Assembly (NCBI GenBank): GCA_965215265.1
Contig: OZ244048.1
Location: forward strand, 2,112,001 to 2,176,000
Length of the DNA: 64,000 nucleotides
Reading direction: 5' to 3'
From: Candidatus Poribacteria bacterium
GTDB lineage: Bacteria > Poribacteria > WGA-4E > WGA-3G
Shown here piece by piece: positions 1 through 8,677 of the stretch. The translations under genes and the position numbers were made by a program. Below the pieces are notes generated by a model, which was not told the origin of the DNA, searched no databases, and saw only the letters and a list, made by a program, of their open reading frames with translations. Position 1 is the first letter of the stretch, and every line of letters begins with the position of its first letter.

Positions 1-819
1 TTTAAGCAAACAGTCAATCGACTCACAAGAGATAAACCTGACTTTAAAGAATCAACTTATCTCACCTGTCTAGCACGCTTGGGACATATTGATTTCGACC
101 CGACGGATTTATCCCATGTCGCTATTGGATCTGCATCTCTTGTTGAGACAGCCGTCGCGGATCGATATGTTCTTGTTGGCAGTCGAACACCCGATTTTCT
201 TAAGAAGACTCGAAAGTGTGTTGCTGAAATTGGGGGGAAATTCTGCTTACATCCGGAGAAATATGCACCAATGACCATCGTACTGAGTGGATTGCAAGAA
301 CCTGCCTTTTCTGCTCTTGAAAGTTTGGAGATTCACATCAGCAGGGCATTTTCGGCGAAAATGTCAAAAGTACTACCAAGGCCAAAACGCACCAGTTTCA
401 AGGAAAGCGAAATATTACTTCCAAATTCGATTAAAAAGTTTAACCCTGAAACCTTGAAATACGAGACACACACCGACTCATTGCAGAACTATGAGCTTTA
501 TGAAACGCCTCGATATGGCTCCGATGTTTATATCCTACGATCCGCCTTTGAACAGCGAAAAATGCCACGCGACTGGGGAGAATGGCTTGTACTTTCGATT
601 TCAGGCAAAACGACCGGACTGATTTCTTATGAAAAGAATTCTCAAATTTGGCGTGTCAAGCGCCCTTTGCTTGTACCACTAATTATTGATCGGTGCGCAA
701 CCCTCTGCTCTGGTTTTCCACCGAAAAATAAGAAAGGTTTTATGTGCTATTCCGACGTACCAGCCGGTATCGCATATCAATTAACTAAATCGCTTTACCA
801 AGATTGGGAGATTGTTTGA
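1..819 (+). CDS. 5'-truncated protein coupled to the DruE-like helicase (probable Druantia partner, DruD/G/H-like)
   Basis: Frame is open from base 1 to TGA 817-819, which overlaps the helicase ATG (TGATG). Motifs LGHIDF and RCATLCSGFPP..YSDVP resemble proteins that precede DruE-type helicases (recollection, not searched). Confidence 0.55.
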   Translation, partial: FKQTVNRLTRDKPDFKESTYLTCLARLGHIDFDPTDLSHVAIGSASLVETAVADRYVLVGSRTPDFLKKTRKCVAEIGGKFCLHPEKYAPMTIVLSGLQEPAFSALESLEIHISRAFSAKMSKVLPRPKRTSFKESEILLPNSIKKFNPETLKYETHTDSLQNYELYETPRYGSDVYILRSAFEQRKMPRDWGEWLVLSISGKTTGLISYEKNSQIWRVKRPLLVPLIIDRCATLCSGFPPKNKKGFMCYSDVPAGIAYQLTKSLYQDWEIV

Positions 820-3800
820 TGTCAGATCCATTTGAAACTTATAAAATCCTTTGTGATTCTTACATTCGTTACATACAAACAATTATGGGTTTCAATGACG
901 AGAAACTCGAAGAAGAACGTGACAAACTACTTCGGAAAAATGGACTGCTTTTCCAAGAACCTCGTTTCGAACCGATTTTTCCTTATCCATCTTCTGGAAA
1001 AACCTTATCCAAGTTGTGCTATGATGTGCAACTCCCCTCTGAACTCGGTCATTTTCTCGCACTCGGAGGCGACGATGGGCTTGCACCTAAAGATCGAAAT
1101 CTCTATCAACACCAAGCGGAAGCAATCAAAGCATCGGTTATTGAAGGAAAGGATGTCGTCGTTACGACTGGGACCGGTTCAGGAAAAACAGAATGCTTTT
1201 TGCTGCCGATCTTCAGTTATCTTATCAAGGAATCACAAAACTGGACTGATTACGGCAGCCGGAATCCCAACCACCCATGGTGGCGTGAACGTGAGAGTAT
1301 AACCGGTAAACGAGTTCCACAACGCCAAGGAGAAAAGCGTCCAGCTGCTATCCGTGCGTTGATTTTGTATCCTCTTAACGCGCTTGTTGAAGACCAACTG
1401 ATGCGGCTTCGGCGCACCTGTGACAGCCCAGGATCGCGCCTGTGGCTTGATAAAAACCGATTAAAGAATCGGTTTTACTTCGGTCGGTATACCGGTTTAA
1501 CCTCGGTTCCCGGCTACGAAAACGCAAGGAACCTCAAAAAACTTCGAGAACAACTTGATAAATTACATAAGCAAACTGAAAAAGTTCGTGATTCGGAGGA
1601 GAAGCGTTATTTCTTCCCTTCAACCGATGTTGATACGGCTGAGATGTGGTCACGGTGGGACATGCAAGAGCATCCACCGGACATTTTAATCACAAACTAT
1701 TCAATGTTGAACATCATGCTCATTCGTGACTTAGAACAACCAATCTTTGAAAAAACCAAAGCATGGCTCGAAAAAGAGGACAGTATTTTTCATCTTGTTG
1801 TTGATGAATTACACGCTTATCGCGGAACAGCAGGATCGGAGGTCGCTTATCTGCTTCGAACACTGTTCGATCGGCTAGGTCTTGAACCCGATTCTCCGAA
1901 AATACGTATCATTGCCTCAAGCGCGTCGCTTGATGGAAATGATGGACATAAGTACCTCCGACAATTTTTTGCCCGAAGTAAAGAATTTGAAATTATTGGT
2001 TCACCTCTGCATCCCGATCAAAGTGATAAACTCCGGGAGTGCCTCACGCACGCCGAACACTTTAATGCATTTGATTCCAATCGAGATTCTGTGCAGCTAG
2101 ATCAAATTCCGAAGGAACTTATCAAATCCGCTGTAGCACAACTGTGCAATCATCATGGAAAATTACACGCTTCAACGATTGGAGAGATGGTTGAAGCTGC
2201 AAATCAGGTTAATCCAACAAAAATCTCCGACGCTACTATCCGTGGGCTCATTCGCTATATAGTTCAGCAGAAGGATCCGGAAGCAACCGGGGCGCTGTTG
2301 CCCTTGCGCGTTCATTACTTTTTCAAAAACTTTGAGGGATTGTGGGCCTGTAGCAATCCAAAGTGTTGTGGCTCTACCCACGACGACACTTCTATTGGTA
2401 AACTGTACGCAACTCAGCGATTTTTGTGTGATGAATGCGGATCTCGAGTATTAGAACTATTAAGTTGTCAAACATGCGGGAACCTCTTTCTCGGAGGATA
2501 TAAACACCAAATCTCTGAGAATTCCCGCGGCTGGTACCTCAGCGGCGACTATCAAGAATTAGAAGGGTTACCCGAAAAAGGAATCAGAAATCGAAACTAT
2601 GAAACTTACGCTATCTTTTGGCAAAGAAAAGAAAAGCCAGATCGACCGCCGTGGCATAAAAATAAGAGACGTTGGGCGCGCGCCCAATTCTCTCCATTCC
2701 GTGGGACACTTATTCCGGACTCATCTGCTGCATACAATGGCCACTTTTACAAGATTGACGATCCTGATGAATCGTGTTCAGAAATTCCCAAGTATTGTCC
2801 CAATTGTGGTGATGCGTGGGATGTTTCTCGGAAAACAACTCTTGTCAATGGCAAAGAGCAAACGTATTCACCGATTCATTATATGGGCACAGGGTTGCAA
2901 AAAGTGATTCAGATCCTCACGCAAACCTTGCAAGCAACTGTCAAAGAGCAATCGAAACGGAAGACCGTCATCTTCTCTGATAGCCGACAGGACGCAGCAA
3001 AATATGCCACTGGAATTCAATGGTCACACTATCAAGATATGGTTCGACTCATCGCCGTTGAAGCAATGAAGGAACAAGAGGACTCCCCTGAATTTTCAAT
3101 TCTGCGTGATTTGCAAAATAAGACGGTTAATCGACTAGAATTCAAAGACTTCCTTATGCTTAGAAAAAAGTTTCCATACGATGAAACACTATTCGCTGAT
3201 CTCTATGAGGGAAAACCTTTGACATCCAGTCAGAAAAACCGACTTGCAGCACTTAGCAGCAATTATCAATTTACAGTTCTACAGAAGGCTTGCTTTGATA
3301 AATTTATCAATCTTGGTATGAATCCCGGAGGCTACGGTGACAAGGTTGATTCTTCTTCGACTCTTGCTAATAACGATAGGGAGGTCTTCCATAAATGGGA
3401 GGAACTCTGTAATTGGGAAACGGATCCTGTCACACTAAAGGAATTACGGTACCTTGAACGACATCAGGAACGCCTTATAGAAAATATTGAGGCTGAACTA
3501 AAAAAAGTGATTGCTGAACGAATCTTGTTCGCACGGAGAGATATGGGTTTAGAGGGACTTGGACTTGCATGGTGTGAACCCAACATGGATCCGGGCAAAT
3601 GGCCCATTGAAGGAATCGATTCTGCAGAAATGATGTCTGCCGTTACCCGAATCCTTGGCGAACGAAGATACACTAAGATTTACCGACCTGATGCTGAACA
3701 AAGGAGCATGCCAAAGTTTATGGATAATTACCTCGTAGATTCGGCAAAGAAAATTGGGTGCTCTCCGGAAAACCTCACAAGTGCAATTAGCAAACAGATT

Positions 3801-6251
3801 GAATCCTCTAATAGTTTTGACAATGACAACTACCTCATCCGCGTTGAAAACCTGAACCTTCGCTTATCTCAGGGAGACAGAATTTTCAGGTGTTCCCAAT
3901 GCAGACGCAAGCACCTTTATAAAGCAGGTGGGATTTGTACAAATACGATGTGCGGCGGCGAATTGGAGGAAATTGATAGCAAATCCGATAAACTAGAGCA
4001 ATATGGAGGCTACTATGCTTATCAAAACCGTCTAGAGCCAAACGGACTTGGAATTCAACCTTACCGTTTCCATTGCGAAGAGTTGACAGCACAAACCGAC
4101 TCGAAAGAACGGCCCAACCGTCAACGTTGGTTTCAAGGAGTTATCCTTGATAATGAAAATCAACGAACGAATGAGATAGATCTTCTCAGCGTAACAACAA
4201 CAATGGAGGCGGGGATTGACATCGGGGCACTCTCAATTGTGTTAATGGGTAATGTCCCTCCACAACGCTTCAACTACCAACAACGTGTTGGGCGCGCAGG
4301 AAGACGAGGCGAATCACTTGCGTATGCCCTCACACTTTGCCGACTGCGTACGCATGACGATCACTACTTTACTCACACAAGCGAGATTACAAACGCAGAA
4401 ACACCCCTGCCATATCTTGATATGCGGAACCAGGATATTCTCAAACGCGTTTTGGCAAAGGAAATTTTATACCACGCCTTCCGGGGCTCAGCAAATGCAG
4501 AAAACGCCAACGTAGAAAATGTCCACGGAAAATTCGGAAAGGTTTCCGATTGGAAAGTCAATCGAGAACAGCTCTCCGAATGGATTCAAGAGCGTTCTCA
4601 TCAAAGCAGAATTAAGCAAATCTTGCAGCTGCTCGCCGCACAGACGGAACCGGGAATCTCGGATAAAATGGAGGAACTGAGAATTTGGGTTATTAACAAC
4701 CTTGTGAAAGAGATTGATAATCGCGTCAAGGAACATCCATTTGAAGAAGACGAACTAAGTCAAGCACTTGCAGAATGCGGCTTGTTGCCAATGTTCGGTT
4801 TTCCTACCGGTGTACGCCTTTTGTACCATGAGCATCCAAAGATTTCAAAGTGGCCACCAACATCAGGTGTCATCGATCGAGATATTGAAATCGCCATTAG
4901 TCAATTTGCCCCCGGTTCAGAGACTATTAAGGATAAAAAGATTCATACCTCAATTGGCCTCGTCTCTTATAAACCGAGGAAAGGTCGTTTAGTCCCTGAA
5001 AACGGTATCGCGAATCGACTACGAATAGGGTTTTGTCGTAAATGCAAAGCAGTTTTCACAAACCTTGGTGAAAACCAAAATAACTGTAAAATCTGCGGAT
5101 CCGAAGAATTCAAGCAGATTGATGGAGTCGAACCTAAAGGTTTTCTTACCAATTTTAATCCAGAAGATGCTCATGAATCTTTTAGTTGGGCACCGAGGGC
5201 AACCTATTCTCGCTTACCTTCTGACTCACCTGTCAACTTGAACAAACACTTCAATTTCCGTTGGGGAACAGAAAGTAAGCTGCAACTGTTCTCAATCAAC
5301 ACCAATGCCGATCAATTATTTGAACTTCAAAAACTGGAAAAAAACGCAGCCCTTGTATCAACCAAAGTCTGTCAGGAGCTAGCTGCAAAAAATGATAGAT
5401 ACGCTTTCAATAAAGAAACGGACGTGACGGGGCCTACAGAGGAAGTAGCACTTTACGCTGCTCGGACGACAGATGTTCTATTAATTGATGTCGATGAAAT
5501 CCCTATCGGTGTTCTAACTGATCAGAGAACGGAATATTGGCGAGCTGCCCTTTATTCCTTTGGTTTTCTATTTCGTCAATTTGCAGCGAGTCAATTGGAC
5601 ATATCTCCTAATGAGCTGCGCGTTGAGATTCGACCAATCTCTTCGGGAGAGAACAGAATTCGTAAACAGCAAATATTTATTGCCGATTCATTAGCAAATG
5701 GGGCAGGATACTGTCGCTATTTAGGTGAACACCATAGTGATGGAAAACCGTTCCGACTGATTGAATTTTTACGCAAGATGATTAATCCAAACATGGATTT
5801 TGCAAAAGGGTTGATGACTCACAGCGGAGATTGTGATTCGTCCTGCTACAGCAAAGGTTGCATGCGGGACTACGCTAACATGCCCTATCATCCCTTTTTG
5901 GACTGGCGTTTAGGATTAGATGTAGCACACCTTTGCCTTGAAAAAGACTATCAGATAGATCTCCAAAAGAACCATTGGGACTCTCTGGTTGATCGAGTAG
6001 AGAAAAACTTCATGGAACTTCTCCCAGGACTTATGCGCAGAGATCGAGATGGTGTAGCTGTTTTTGAAGCACGAGCCCAGAAAAAGGCATTCATCTTGCA
6101 TCATCCTTTGGCATCTGCCGAAGAAGATCGGTTAGGACCTCATATTGCATCTGCTACAAAGGAACTTCATGAAACCGGGTTTAAGGTAGAATACATTAAC
6201 ATCTTTGATGCTATCCGTAGAGTGAGTATCGTGATGAATAAACTTAAATAG
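819..6251 (+). CDS. Large SF2 DEAD/DEAH helicase with C-terminal DUF1998/MrfA Zn domain (Druantia DruE-like), about 1810 aa
   Basis: Walker A TGTGSGKT, YPLNALVEDQ, VVDELH, SAS, QRVGRAGRR; several CxxC pairs; C-terminal DSLANGAGY..CDSSCYSKGC..LDWRLG. GGGAG RBS at 806-810 before ATG 819. Confidence 0.85.
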   Translation: MSDPFETYKILCDSYIRYIQTIMGFNDEKLEEERDKLLRKNGLLFQEPRFEPIFPYPSSGKTLSKLCYDVQLPSELGHFLALGGDDGLAPKDRNLYQHQAEAIKASVIEGKDVVVTTGTGSGKTECFLLPIFSYLIKESQNWTDYGSRNPNHPWWRERESITGKRVPQRQGEKRPAAIRALILYPLNALVEDQLMRLRRTCDSPGSRLWLDKNRLKNRFYFGRYTGLTSVPGYENARNLKKLREQLDKLHKQTEKVRDSEEKRYFFPSTDVDTAEMWSRWDMQEHPPDILITNYSMLNIMLIRDLEQPIFEKTKAWLEKEDSIFHLVVDELHAYRGTAGSEVAYLLRTLFDRLGLEPDSPKIRIIASSASLDGNDGHKYLRQFFARSKEFEIIGSPLHPDQSDKLRECLTHAEHFNAFDSNRDSVQLDQIPKELIKSAVAQLCNHHGKLHASTIGEMVEAANQVNPTKISDATIRGLIRYIVQQKDPEATGALLPLRVHYFFKNFEGLWACSNPKCCGSTHDDTSIGKLYATQRFLCDECGSRVLELLSCQTCGNLFLGGYKHQISENSRGWYLSGDYQELEGLPEKGIRNRNYETYAIFWQRKEKPDRPPWHKNKRRWARAQFSPFRGTLIPDSSAAYNGHFYKIDDPDESCSEIPKYCPNCGDAWDVSRKTTLVNGKEQTYSPIHYMGTGLQKVIQILTQTLQATVKEQSKRKTVIFSDSRQDAAKYATGIQWSHYQDMVRLIAVEAMKEQEDSPEFSILRDLQNKTVNRLEFKDFLMLRKKFPYDETLFADLYEGKPLTSSQKNRLAALSSNYQFTVLQKACFDKFINLGMNPGGYGDKVDSSSTLANNDREVFHKWEELCNWETDPVTLKELRYLERHQERLIENIEAELKKVIAERILFARRDMGLEGLGLAWCEPNMDPGKWPIEGIDSAEMMSAVTRILGERRYTKIYRPDAEQRSMPKFMDNYLVDSAKKIGCSPENLTSAISKQIESSNSFDNDNYLIRVENLNLRLSQGDRIFRCSQCRRKHLYKAGGICTNTMCGGELEEIDSKSDKLEQYGGYYAYQNRLEPNGLGIQPYRFHCEELTAQTDSKERPNRQRWFQGVILDNENQRTNEIDLLSVTTTMEAGIDIGALSIVLMGNVPPQRFNYQQRVGRAGRRGESLAYALTLCRLRTHDDHYFTHTSEITNAETPLPYLDMRNQDILKRVLAKEILYHAFRGSANAENANVENVHGKFGKVSDWKVNREQLSEWIQERSHQSRIKQILQLLAAQTEPGISDKMEELRIWVINNLVKEIDNRVKEHPFEEDELSQALAECGLLPMFGFPTGVRLLYHEHPKISKWPPTSGVIDRDIEIAISQFAPGSETIKDKKIHTSIGLVSYKPRKGRLVPENGIANRLRIGFCRKCKAVFTNLGENQNNCKICGSEEFKQIDGVEPKGFLTNFNPEDAHESFSWAPRATYSRLPSDSPVNLNKHFNFRWGTESKLQLFSINTNADQLFELQKLEKNAALVSTKVCQELAAKNDRYAFNKETDVTGPTEEVALYAARTTDVLLIDVDEIPIGVLTDQRTEYWRAALYSFGFLFRQFAASQLDISPNELRVEIRPISSGENRIRKQQIFIADSLANGAGYCRYLGEHHSDGKPFRLIEFLRKMINPNMDFAKGLMTHSGDCDSSCYSKGCMRDYANMPYHPFLDWRLGLDVAHLCLEKDYQIDLQKNHWDSLVDRVEKNFMELLPGLMRRDRDGVAVFEARAQKKAFILHHPLASAEEDRLGPHIASATKELHETGFKVEYINIFDAIRRVSIVMNKLK

Positions 6252-6442
6252 AAAAGTAATATGGAACTTCAACCACTCCCCAAACTGCAACCTATTACGA
6301 AATTATCACCTACAATGTACTTGTGCCAACTGTCTCAATCAAGAGGAAACGGATACAGACTTTACGAGATTGCTGACTGTCTTTTGCTGCTTTACTATAA
6401 ACGAGCGTGAGGTAGAACAGAATTTCGCTACTTTTTTGATGA

Positions 6443-7024
6443 ATGATGACTTTCAAATACCTGATTTGGCTCTGTTTTTCCTTCAAAGGGAGAATCAACC
6501 GCACAACCTACTAGGTCTCTATATTGAGCCTGCTACCTATTCTGACACTGCTTGGCGGCCTGAGTATGATTCTAGATGATTCTCTCACGCCCACCGTGGT
6601 TAGCGCTATCGTAGTATTGGTGGGTATAACCTTCTACTATGTATCTATCCCTATTTCCGTAAAAAGGTTCCACGACACTAACAGATCGGGCTGGAACGTG
6701 CTTTGGGGGCTTATCCCTATATTTGGCCCACTGTATATCATCATCGTCCTAGGATGCCTGAAAGGCACGGAGGGGCCAAACGCTTATGGCCCGCCTCCCA
6801 CAATGCTTCCACAAACAAAAAAAGCCATAAAATTCATTGGAGTCATTGTGCTGTCAGTAGTAGCTGCGTTAATAATTAGTTCAGGCCTGAATGATGGGGA
6901 TGATCCCACTCTGAATACAATTCCGATAGCGTTTCTGATATTCTGCATTATCCAGCACAAACTTGTATGGCAATTCGTACTGACTCGAGTTCGGGAATTG
7001 TCACGAGCTATTCGCGATGAATAG
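6443..7024 (+). pseudogene. DUF805 membrane protein with an in-frame TAG at 6512-6514
   Basis: From ATG 6443 it reads MMTFKYLIWLCFSFKGRINRTTY*VSILSLL... in frame with ORF 6524-7024, which has KRFHDTNRSGW and GPNAYGP. The stop replaces the expected Trp of FxGRxxRxxYW. Confidence 0.8.
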
Positions 7025-7057
7025 GGTATCTACCGGAACTTATCACGCTGGCACAAG

Positions 7058-7130
7058 CTAGCCTTGTACGCGACATCCACCGCATCGCCTCAAAAACTTA
7101 CAATCAATGCAACCATCGTCTTTTCTCAAA
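7058..7130 (-). pseudogene. Remnant of a radical-SAM SPASM domain C-terminus
   Basis: Reads LRKDDGCIDCKFLRRCGGCRVQG*, the Cx2Cx5Cx2CR pattern of SPASM ends; no upstream radical SAM domain. Confidence 0.5.
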
Positions 7131-7221
7131 GTCCCACTTCTCGCAACAACAAAGCATTGCTTGGATTTGCAGGGGAACCGGAGGAGTGCCATCGATGCAA
7201 ACTTATCGTCACACTCCCTTT

Positions 7222-7314
7222 GGGCATACGGATTGGGTCCATAGCGCATCGTTCAGCCCAGACGGCAGCACGTTCGCCACTGGGAGTAATGACGGCACCG
7301 TGCTGCTCTGGGAT
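7222..7314 (+). pseudogene. Single WD40-repeat remnant
   Basis: GHTDWVHSASFSPDGSTFATGSNDGTVLLWD is a textbook WD40 repeat; there is no credible start and upstream KLIVTL lies in another frame. Confidence 0.75.
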
Positions 7315-7330
7315 CTCCGCAGTTGTCTCT

Positions 7331-7588
7331 CTAAGTGTGCAAGGCTTGCAGGAACGCTTCAAAACTGGGTGTCTCAACGGCGATGAGATGCAGCTGCTTG
7401 AGCCGCACCAGGTCTGGTATGGCTTCAAGGTGCGGTTGAGTCGTCTGCACGTCGCTCTGCGGGAACCGTGCGGTGAGCACCGTGATGACGTTTTCTATCG
7501 CATTCCGGCGTGCACCTTGTTCAATGCCTTGCTCAATGCCTTGTTTGAGTCCTTGTTGCACCAGGACTTCTGCCATGGTTTCTGCCAT
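7331..7588 (-). CDS. Putative internally initiated small Rpn C-terminal protein (RpnS-like antitoxin), 85 aa
   Basis: In-frame ATG at 7588 (MAETMAEVL...) with GGAGGT (7601-7596) 7 nt upstream, inside the rpn gene just before the EQG repeats. Confidence 0.65.
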   Translation of the reverse strand: MAETMAEVLVQQGLKQGIEQGIEQGARRNAIENVITVLTARFPQSDVQTTQPHLEAIPDLVRLKQLHLIAVETPSFEAFLQALHT

Positions 7589-8428
7589 CTGTTTTACCTC
7601 CATCTTATCTTCTGCGAGTTGTTCCACTAATGTTACTAAGCCACTTTGTTCTGATAGCGGCCGACGATGCAAGATGAGTAGCAGGAAATAGACTATCGCC
7701 TCACGCCGCTGTTCGGCACCAACCGTATCAAACTCATCAAGGTGCGCTATCGCCGTGCGTAACGCATCCCGTATCTCCGCCTCGTCTGCTCTCTCTTTTT
7801 GCAGCACCGTCAAAAGCCACCCGAACGGATGATGCGTTTGAGTCAGTGTGGCGACATCGGTTTGCTTCACGCTCAAAAACAGCGTCTCAAAGGCAGGAAC
7901 GAACCGGGCGAGTTCAGCAGGGATGTCCATCAGTGCCTCAAGTGTCAGCGGGGTTTTCCACTCTCTCTCGCCGGTATAAAACACAATCGGCAGTATCGGG
8001 GGCAACCGCCGCGCCGGTTTGGGCACCTTGTCGTGTTCCCATTGCCTGCGATGTGCGTCCCAAATCAGCATCATATAAAACAGCACCCGAAACCCCATCG
8101 TCGCATCCACCGTCGATTGATGTTCCACGAGCAGATAGATGAGCAGCGCCTCGGTGGCTGTCTCGGTTCTAAACGGGACGCGGAACACGCTATCCGCTTC
8201 CTGCTCCCGCAGCACTTCCGGCAGCAGGCTTCTCGGGAGTGGAACGAGTTGGCTAAAATCTATGCGTTCTGCGATGTCAGCGGCGACGATTTCTAGCACA
8301 CCTCGGACGTTTTCGCCGTTTTGTAGCAAGCGCCGCACACTTCTGTCGGCGAAGTGTTCAACGCGTCCATCAAGCAGCGCGCGGATATGCTGCATCTGCG
8401 TATCCACGGCTTTGGTTTCTTGCGTCAT
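7331..8428 (-). CDS. Rpn family recombination-promoting nuclease / putative transposase (YhgA-like PD-(D/E)xK)
   Basis: EADSVFRV, YLLVEHQS, PILPIVFYTGEREW, C-terminal QQGLKQGIEQGIEQG repeats; GAGGAG RBS. Confidence 0.9.
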   Translation of the reverse strand: MTQETKAVDTQMQHIRALLDGRVEHFADRSVRRLLQNGENVRGVLEIVAADIAERIDFSQLVPLPRSLLPEVLREQEADSVFRVPFRTETATEALLIYLLVEHQSTVDATMGFRVLFYMMLIWDAHRRQWEHDKVPKPARRLPPILPIVFYTGEREWKTPLTLEALMDIPAELARFVPAFETLFLSVKQTDVATLTQTHHPFGWLLTVLQKERADEAEIRDALRTAIAHLDEFDTVGAEQRREAIVYFLLLILHRRPLSEQSGLVTLVEQLAEDKMEVKQMAETMAEVLVQQGLKQGIEQGIEQGARRNAIENVITVLTARFPQSDVQTTQPHLEAIPDLVRLKQLHLIAVETPSFEAFLQALHT

Positions 8429-8611
8429 TTCTCTCCTCAGTGCCGGGGGCCTGCCATTCGGGCAGCCCGCCGGTAAAAAGCGGTGAAGACTTAACTCAAA
8501 TTATACTACTTTTGGCAGTAAAGATGCCACCCTTTTTTTTCTGGCGATTTCGTTTTCGCTTCTGACAGCGGAGGTTGTGGACTAAAAAAAGCAAAAACCG
8601 CTCACTTTTCC

Positions 8612-8640
8612 TTGACAATACCTCAAAAATAATGTATAAT
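8612..8640 (+). promoter_or_regulatory. Consensus sigma70 promoter of mod
   Basis: TTGACA-17 nt-TATAAT, 37 nt before ATG 8678. Confidence 0.85.
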
Positions 8641-8677
8641 TAAAACAAAACAAACCAATAACCTGAAAACAACACTC

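Noticed and set aside
6512-6514. TAG as pyrrolysine or amber recoding
   Set aside because: It replaces a conserved Trp by one transition, and TAG is the normal stop of other genes here (helicase, msrP).
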